64,000 nt of DNA from assembly GCA_963664815.2 (NCBI GenBank), contig CAXXHB010000003.1:480001-544000 (forward strand), in the 5' to 3' direction. The translations under genes were made by a program, and so were the position numbers. This DNA comes from Spirochaetota bacterium. Lineage in GTDB: Bacteria; Spirochaetota; UBA4802; UBA5550. The notes beneath the pieces are model-generated. The model did no database searches, was not told where the DNA came from, and saw only the letters and a list, made by a program, of their open reading frames with translations. Positions 58,013-64,000 of this stretch are shown piece by piece. The stretch's first letter is position 1. Every line of letters begins with the position of its first letter.

Positions 58013-60064
58013 TTGAACATAAAAAAATGCAGTAAAACAATATATATACGGACAGCATTAATACTTATAATGCTTTCTTCCGCAATGGTTTCAGATGCCC
58101 AGAACGCTATTTCTCTGAACAGAGACGGCTGGGTCAGTTTTAAAAAGACGGAGTATGACAGGGCTTTGTTCAGTTTCACCAGTTCTCTCAGGCTGAATTC
58201 AAAATATTCCGATTCAATGATAGGGGCGGCTAAATCATACTATGCGCTTGGAGTCTATGACCGGGCTCTCGAGATGTTCGCTGACGCACTGAAGCTTGAC
58301 GGTAATTCTGTTGATGCTCTCAACGGGATAGGAATGATTCTGTCCGAAACCGGAAGATTCACTGATGCTATAAGTTATTTTGAAAAAGCCGGCAAGATAT
58401 CCGGGGACTCGTTGGATTCCCAGTATGGTATTGCACACGTATATTACAAAATGGATAAAAGGCTCTGGGCAAAAAGAAAACTTGAAAATATATTTAAAAT
58501 CAATCCATATCACTTCCAGTCTCTTCTGCTTATGGCTGACATAAAAACAGATGAGGGGCGGCTTAAAGAGGCAAGGTCTTATGTTGAAAAAGCAATGGAT
58601 TCTGCCGGAGAATCTCCCGACGGGCATATAAAATACGGAAGTATTCTTCTGAAAAATTATATGAATACAGGTGAAACCGATTTACTTGATGAAGCGCGTG
58701 AATCATACAACAGGGCCCTCGCCATTAATCCGTCTAATTTCAGGGCTAATATGGATATGGGGCTGATCTCGCTTATGGAGATTGATGATTTTAATTTTAA
58801 CAGTGCACTTGGAGGAGGGGGAAATCCGGATTTAATAAAAGGGAAGAGAGACGCGGCGGTATCATACATCCTTAAAGCCGCTGAAGTAAATAAAAGCCGT
58901 CCCGTATTGTACAGCCTTGCGCTTGCATACGATATGTCCGGGGACAAGAATGGAGCCCTGGAGCATATGCTTGATGCATATAAAAAATATCCTTCTGATG
59001 CATTGCTCAAAGGTAAACTTGAAGATTTTCTTGTTCTTAATGAATACAAAAGCGCCCATCCCGCGCGGATAATGCTTTCTAACGAAAATATTGAACTGTC
59101 AAAAATAAACAGCAGGGATAATCTGCATACAAATGTGATTTATTACCTGAGAAGATCACTTCTGATGAATCCCCTTAACAGAGAGGTTCGTGAAGAGCTT
59201 ATAAATTACTATACCATACTCGATTACAATAAACTGATAATCGATGAAATGAAGAATATAATGATGCAGTATCCCGAGTTTAAATACCAGGATATGCTGA
59301 ATCTTGCAATCATGAAAAGGAGAGACCGGCTTTATGTGAGAGAGGGCTACGGCAGTGATGAAGTCCCGCGTGATGTTCCGTCTGTTCTTGTTCTTAATTT
59401 TGACACTGCAGGTAAAATTACAGATCACCCCGATTCCGGGAAAACAGCGGCAAGGAATCTGACTTTTGCACTTCAGCAGTATGGAAGGATGAAAACCCCG
59501 GGGCTCGGCGAAAGAGAAGCTCTTGTCGGCAACCTTAAAACCGGAGGGGAGAGTCTTTTCAGCACTATAAAAAAGATAAAGGAAATATCTGATAAAAGGG
59601 AGCAGAAGTTTGATTACCTGATTTTCGGAGAGATTTCAGAGGTGGATGATTATATCAGTATAACATTGCGGATAATGGATCTGAACAGGGGATATATTAT
59701 ATATGAGATAACCGAATCGAAAAAAGGGAGGGAGAATCTTAATCTGTTGTCTTTACTGATTGCCGGAAAAATTTATGATATCATACCATACAGCGGGAAG
59801 GTACTTAAAGTCAAAGAGAAGGGGATACTGCTTAACCTTGGATTGTTCGACGGGATAAAAGATGGAACGGAACTTGTAATTTACAGGGACAGCAGCTCGC
59901 GTCTCAGCAATGAAACAATAAGATACGCTGAAATTTTTACTGTGAAAGAAACGGATACTTTTATATCATATGCCGAACCCGACAGACCGGATATTCTGCG
60001 CGAGATAGATTCGACAAATAAAATTTATCCTTTGTTAAAGAGAAGAGCAAGAAAAATTGAATAA
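58013..60064 (+). CDS. Exported TPR-repeat protein with CsgG/TolB_N-like C-terminal region
   Basis: Signal peptide, multiple TPRs, VLVLNF...YLIFGEI...LNLGLFDGIKDG. Confidence 0.72.
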   Translation: MNIKKCSKTIYIRTALILIMLSSAMVSDAQNAISLNRDGWVSFKKTEYDRALFSFTSSLRLNSKYSDSMIGAAKSYYALGVYDRALEMFADALKLDGNSVDALNGIGMILSETGRFTDAISYFEKAGKISGDSLDSQYGIAHVYYKMDKRLWAKRKLENIFKINPYHFQSLLLMADIKTDEGRLKEARSYVEKAMDSAGESPDGHIKYGSILLKNYMNTGETDLLDEARESYNRALAINPSNFRANMDMGLISLMEIDDFNFNSALGGGGNPDLIKGKRDAAVSYILKAAEVNKSRPVLYSLALAYDMSGDKNGALEHMLDAYKKYPSDALLKGKLEDFLVLNEYKSAHPARIMLSNENIELSKINSRDNLHTNVIYYLRRSLLMNPLNREVREELINYYTILDYNKLIIDEMKNIMMQYPEFKYQDMLNLAIMKRRDRLYVREGYGSDEVPRDVPSVLVLNFDTAGKITDHPDSGKTAARNLTFALQQYGRMKTPGLGEREALVGNLKTGGESLFSTIKKIKEISDKREQKFDYLIFGEISEVDDYISITLRIMDLNRGYIIYEITESKKGRENLNLLSLLIAGKIYDIIPYSGKVLKVKEKGILLNLGLFDGIKDGTELVIYRDSSSRLSNETIRYAEIFTVKETDTFISYAEPDRPDILREIDSTNKIYPLLKRRARKIE

Positions 60065-60724
60065 TCAGCTGAGTGGTATAAGTACTTTCGCATAGGTTTT
60101 ATCTATACCATTAGTTGTAACGGCAAAATTTTTATGTGTAATGTTTATATTTTTAAGAAGTACAACAACCATTGAAAGTCCCAGGCCCATCCCTTCCGCT
60201 TCAGGATCGGGATTTTCCATAAAGAACTCTGCGATGTTGTCGTACTTTGATGATTTTTTTATCCTTTCATTAATCCTGTCCATCTCCTTTTTTGTAAGAG
60301 GAATATTGTTTATTACCTCCACAGACAGGTGCTTTTTATATACTTTCAGATAAATTCTTGTCGATAATCCATATTTCTTTGTTTTAAGCCCGTACTCAAG
60401 CAGCGACTTTTCATTTAGTATTGATCTTACTTTTTTTACTATATCACCGGAGTCATTGATATCCTTTATTTCACCCTCAAGCATAAGAATTTTTTTTGCA
60501 TTTGCCTTTGTTGCATTTGAAATAAGTTCTTTGATACATGAATACACTGGTGTAAAAAGGTCGTAACGGTTATGTTTTTCCAGTATTTTTGCCAGCGCGA
60601 ATTTAATTTTCTCTTCAGTCCTTTCTAGAACTGAATAGGTAATAAATACAATGTCGCTTTCATTTTTTACAGCGGTAATTATTTCGTTCTGATGTTGTTC
60701 ACTTACAAAATTTTGTGTCTGCAC
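60065..60724 (-). CDS. Stand-alone GHKL/HATPase-like protein (anti-sigma kinase-like)
   Basis: KELISNATKAN (N-box) and EGMGLGL (G-box); no HisKA. Confidence 0.6.
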   Translation of the reverse strand: MQTQNFVSEQHQNEIITAVKNESDIVFITYSVLERTEEKIKFALAKILEKHNRYDLFTPVYSCIKELISNATKANAKKILMLEGEIKDINDSGDIVKKVRSILNEKSLLEYGLKTKKYGLSTRIYLKVYKKHLSVEVINNIPLTKKEMDRINERIKKSSKYDNIAEFFMENPDPEAEGMGLGLSMVVVLLKNINITHKNFAVTTNGIDKTYAKVLIPLS

Positions 60725-61022
60725 TTTCTAATATGTCCTGCCGGATAATTCATTTATATATTGATCGTCATAATTGCCCTGTTTCTTTAGAAACCTGAAG
60801 CAGGCTGCGAATATCGCTGACCGCATATTCGCAGAAAAGCGGAGATTTTATAAAAAACATATAATATAATATCAGAGATTATTTATTGATTTTTTTCAAG
60901 TATAAAATATTACTGTAAGTAATTAAATAAACTAAGTATTTATAAAGCACCGATATACCATGTTTCAGTTGCTGTTATGGCTTTATCAGTGGAAAGATTC
61001 CGGGATCTGGAGATAATAAGCT

Positions 61023-62039
61023 ATGAAATCACTATTTGACATGACAGGGACTGAAAAAGCTGCTGCTCTTCTTATGATTCTCGGCCCTGAGATAGCTTCT
61101 GAAATTCTGCGTCATCTTGATGAGGATAGCATTGAAAAACTATCCGCAGGAATGGTCAGAATGCAGTCTCTTCCTGAAACAGAAAGAGAGGAACTGATCG
61201 GTGAATTTATTATTGAACTAAGGAAAAGTTCAAAAAATCCTTCGGGGGGAATAAACAGGGCCAGAAAGATGATTGTTGACGCATTTGGAGAAGAGAAGGC
61301 CGATGAGCTGATGAAGAAAATCGAGAATCGTGATACTGAATCGGGTTTTAAATTTTTAAACGAGCTTGAGGACACACAGCTGGTTAATCTGTTGAAGGAT
61401 GAACAACCGCAGATAATAGCCCTTGTAATAAAATTTATCTCTCCGCAGAAAGCCGGAATGATTCTGAAAAATCTCCCGCCGGAAAAATCGAGGGAAACGG
61501 GTGTAAAAATTGCAAGAATGAAAAATCCATCTTCAGAGGCAGCTGTTGCAGTAGCGCGGACTTTAAAAAGAAGGAGCAGGGAAATTCAAAAGAATGAAAA
61601 TGGAATGATTATAATGGGGGGAATGGAATCACTGGCGGCCATGATGAGCCATATGAGCAGCGAGCAGGAGAGAAATCTTCTTAAAAGTATAGATTCAGTT
61701 GTTCCGCATATATCAAAAGAGATTAAGGAATTAATTTTTACATTTGAAAATATTATTAATCTTTCGAACAAAGAGGTTCGTATCCTTATTGATGAAATAA
61801 ATGATGATTACACAATTGCAAGATCATTAAAGGGTGCAGGTGATGAAATAAGATTCAAAATTCTGAGAAATATGAGCCAGAACAGGGCTGAGGGTATTCT
61901 TACAGAGATGAATGAAATGGGTGCGATCAGGCTGAAAGATGTTGAAGAATGTCGTGATTACATAGTCGGCATAATGCGGGAGCTAAATGAGAACGGGGTA
62001 ATTGTAATCAGGAGAGATGGAGAGGTTTATGTTGAGTAA
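61023..62039 (+). CDS. fliG: Flagellar motor switch protein FliG (paralogue)
   Basis: TGTEKAAALL, GGI, EQPQIIAL, FTFENI, NMSQNRA. Confidence 0.88.
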   Translation: MKSLFDMTGTEKAAALLMILGPEIASEILRHLDEDSIEKLSAGMVRMQSLPETEREELIGEFIIELRKSSKNPSGGINRARKMIVDAFGEEKADELMKKIENRDTESGFKFLNELEDTQLVNLLKDEQPQIIALVIKFISPQKAGMILKNLPPEKSRETGVKIARMKNPSSEAAVAVARTLKRRSREIQKNENGMIIMGGMESLAAMMSHMSSEQERNLLKSIDSVVPHISKEIKELIFTFENIINLSNKEVRILIDEINDDYTIARSLKGAGDEIRFKILRNMSQNRAEGILTEMNEMGAIRLKDVEECRDYIVGIMRELNENGVIVIRRDGEVYVE

Positions 62040-62456
62040 TCAGCACCTGTCGCTGATCCATTCAGAACCATCATCGTAGAATTCCTTTTTCCATATAGGA
62101 ACTCTTTTTTTAATTTCATCAATGATGTATCTTGAGGCTTTATATGATGAATCTCTGTGGGGTGATGAAACAAGGATCAATATGGATGCTTCGCCAAGAG
62201 TTACCCGGCCGTATCTATGTATGATAATTATTCTGCTGATTTCATTATCTGATGAAGCTTCGTCGGCTATTTTATTTAATTCTTTTACAGCCATTTCATT
62301 GTATATTTCATAATCTATGCAGGTTACATTTTTACCGCGGGAGATGTCTCTTACTTTTCCGATAAAAATAAGGTCAGATCCATCACTGGTTGTTGTTCCT
62401 GTTTTTAATACCAGGTTAAGATCAATAATCTCTTTCTGGACAAGTATTGTTTTCAT
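62040..62456 (-). CDS. moaE: Molybdopterin synthase catalytic subunit
   Basis: FIGKVR, IHRYG, SSPHR, PIWKKE. Confidence 0.92.
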   Translation of the reverse strand: MKTILVQKEIIDLNLVLKTGTTTSDGSDLIFIGKVRDISRGKNVTCIDYEIYNEMAVKELNKIADEASSDNEISRIIIIHRYGRVTLGEASILILVSSPHRDSSYKASRYIIDEIKKRVPIWKKEFYDDGSEWISDRC

Positions 62457-62457
62457 T

Positions 62458-62703
62458 TCAACCGCCGCTTACTGGCGGGAAAATGGCCATTATATCGCCC
62501 TCTGAAAGAGTTCTCTCAACACTGCAATACTCTTCATTTACTGCGATAAGAAGAGTATCTTTTTTCTCTGAGAGTTCCTGATTTCCTTTTATGAAAAGAT
62601 CTAATACTTCATTAACTTTTATTGAATCGGAAACAATGAGTTCCTTTTCATTAAAACCGCAGATATCCCTTACTGATGCAAAGACTTTTATTTTAATTCT
62701 CAT
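62458..62703 (-). CDS. moaD: Molybdopterin synthase sulfur carrier
   Basis: FA...AVNEEY...FPPVSGG C-terminus. Confidence 0.93.
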   Translation of the reverse strand: MRIKIKVFASVRDICGFNEKELIVSDSIKVNEVLDLFIKGNQELSEKKDTLLIAVNEEYCSVERTLSEGDIMAIFPPVSGG

Positions 62704-62705
62704 AA

Positions 62706-63005
62706 CTACGCTTTTTTCTGACTTTTTTCTCTTTTTACCATAAATACATAGTGTTTAACATAGGGCTGAAGGCCTTCGGGAAATACAGATGTATCAGCTG
62801 TTTTAGGGTCACTGATTAGTGTGTCAATATCAGCTTTAGGAAGATCTTCTTCGCAAGCATCAATAAGCACCTTAAATCTTTTAATAATTTCACTATCAAC
62901 AGCATCTAAGGACATTTTATGCATATGTGTGTAAAGCTTCGTAAGATTTGTTTTTTTAACATTTTTTCTGACTTTCTTTACAGTGCTTTTTGCCTTTGCC
63001 GGCAT
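62706..63005 (-). CDS. Small basic hypothetical protein
   Basis: MPAKAK... after an AGGGGG RBS; 2 nt from the moaD start, so probably co-transcribed. Confidence 0.6.
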   Translation of the reverse strand: MPAKAKSTVKKVRKNVKKTNLTKLYTHMHKMSLDAVDSEIIKRFKVLIDACEEDLPKADIDTLISDPKTADTSVFPEGLQPYVKHYVFMVKREKSQKKA

Positions 63006-63166
63006 AAAAACCCCCTGAATCTTGATATTGGTGACGATGTTAGTGTACAAGAATATGCTGTAAACACAATTTTTTATTTTTTAAAGGGTACGTTTTAAAA
63101 AAGAATAGCGATTGAGACAATTCCGGCCGATTAATTATTATCATATTCTCAAAGAGGATTATTTGT

Positions 63167-63298
63167 ATGAAATGCTCAAGATGCGGCAAAGAGATTAATA
63201 TAATGAATCATTTTTATATCCCTGTAAAAAGCAGAAATGAGGGTATCAGGTATTGCATCGCCTGCGCAAGAGAAGAGCGGATTATTACACTTGTCTGA
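63167..63298 (+). CDS. 43-aa zinc-finger microprotein (not in the ORF track)
   Basis: MKCSRCGKEINIMNHFYIPVKSRNEGIRYCIACAREERIITLV*; two CxxC motifs; AGAGGA RBS. Confidence 0.65.
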   Translation: MKCSRCGKEINIMNHFYIPVKSRNEGIRYCIACAREERIITLV

Positions 63299-63356
63299 TC
63301 TGTATTATTGTTTTTTTTATCTGCTGTTTCCCGGTTTTCTCACACAGGATGTATAA

Positions 63357-64000
63357 ATGAGATCCGGCTTTTCAGATACGCCGTTTTTAATTTTCGTAAT
63401 TATAATGCTTCTTTCGTTTCCTGGATGCTCCATATTCAGGGGCTGCAACTCATCATCTGAAACAAAAAAATTTTTTAATCAGGGGGAAATTAATTCCGGG
63501 AAAAGAATAATTTCACTCTCGCCATCTGTCACAGGCCAGATTATTGACCTGGGAGCCGAAGAGAATATTGTCGGAGTGACCCCATATCATCCCGCGCTTA
63601 AAAAGGAGATTACCGTTGTCGGCACATATATAACTCCATCCATAGAGAAAATAGTAACACTAAAGCCTGACATTATTTTTATGTCGGAAGAGGATGGTGA
63701 GATTCAGAAAAATTCTTTTTTTGAAAAATTCGGATTGAAATATCACATGTTCAGGAGAAACAGCAGCTTTAAATCTATCTGTGACAACTATAGAGATTTA
63801 GCCATGATAATTGACCGGGGTGATTATGCTGAAAAGAAAATTAATGATTATAAAAGCAGATTAAAAAGGGTTAAAAAAAATGATCTGAATCTCCGGGTAG
63901 CTTTTCTTGTTTCAGCAAAACCATTAATAACTGTTTCAAAACTCTCCTTTATCTCCGGGATTATTAAAGATGCAGGAGGTATTAATGTATTTGATGAACT
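63357..64000 (+). CDS. BtuF/helical-backbone ABC substrate-binding protein (3'-truncated)
   Basis: RIISLSPSVTGQIIDLG, IVGVT, PSIEKIVTLKPDII; open to the window end. Confidence 0.8.
   Translation, partial: MRSGFSDTPFLIFVIIMLLSFPGCSIFRGCNSSSETKKFFNQGEINSGKRIISLSPSVTGQIIDLGAEENIVGVTPYHPALKKEITVVGTYITPSIEKIVTLKPDIIFMSEEDGEIQKNSFFEKFGLKYHMFRRNSSFKSICDNYRDLAMIIDRGDYAEKKINDYKSRLKRVKKNDLNLRVAFLVSAKPLITVSKLSFISGIIKDAGGINVFDE

Overview
AT-rich bacterial chromosomal window with no rRNA, tRNA, CRISPR array or intact transposase recognised. Gene content (tgt-STAS-LysM lipoprotein block, stand-alone fliG paralogue, 7TM-DISM sensor, acyl-CoA metabolism) suggests a Leptospirae-like spirochaete, probably anaerobic; this is inference only. 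The left half is accessory: a Gly-rich surface protein and BrnTA; a divergent signalling pair (2228-9547); fatty-acyl-CoA genes and a Crp-like regulator; and a defence island (17-28.6 kb) with HEPN-MNT, a type III R-M split by a ParB-ABC ATPase plus TOPRIM pair, and an AEP primase-helicase. The right half is mostly housekeeping and signalling (folD, MerR/SDR, hybrid kinase, tgt, sigma70, paaK, adk, RavA/ViaA-like, fliG, moaDE, btuF-like). Best candidate for an undescribed system: a 1366-aa CstA transporter-Cache-HAMP-adenylate cyclase-(degenerate HATPase) fusion. It is divergent from a single-chain 7TM-histidine kinase-receiver-LytTR regulator, and a consensus LytTR direct-repeat operator sits just upstream of a TTGACA-N17-TATGAT promoter pointing at the fusion. 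All calls come from motif reading by eye; no database searches were run.
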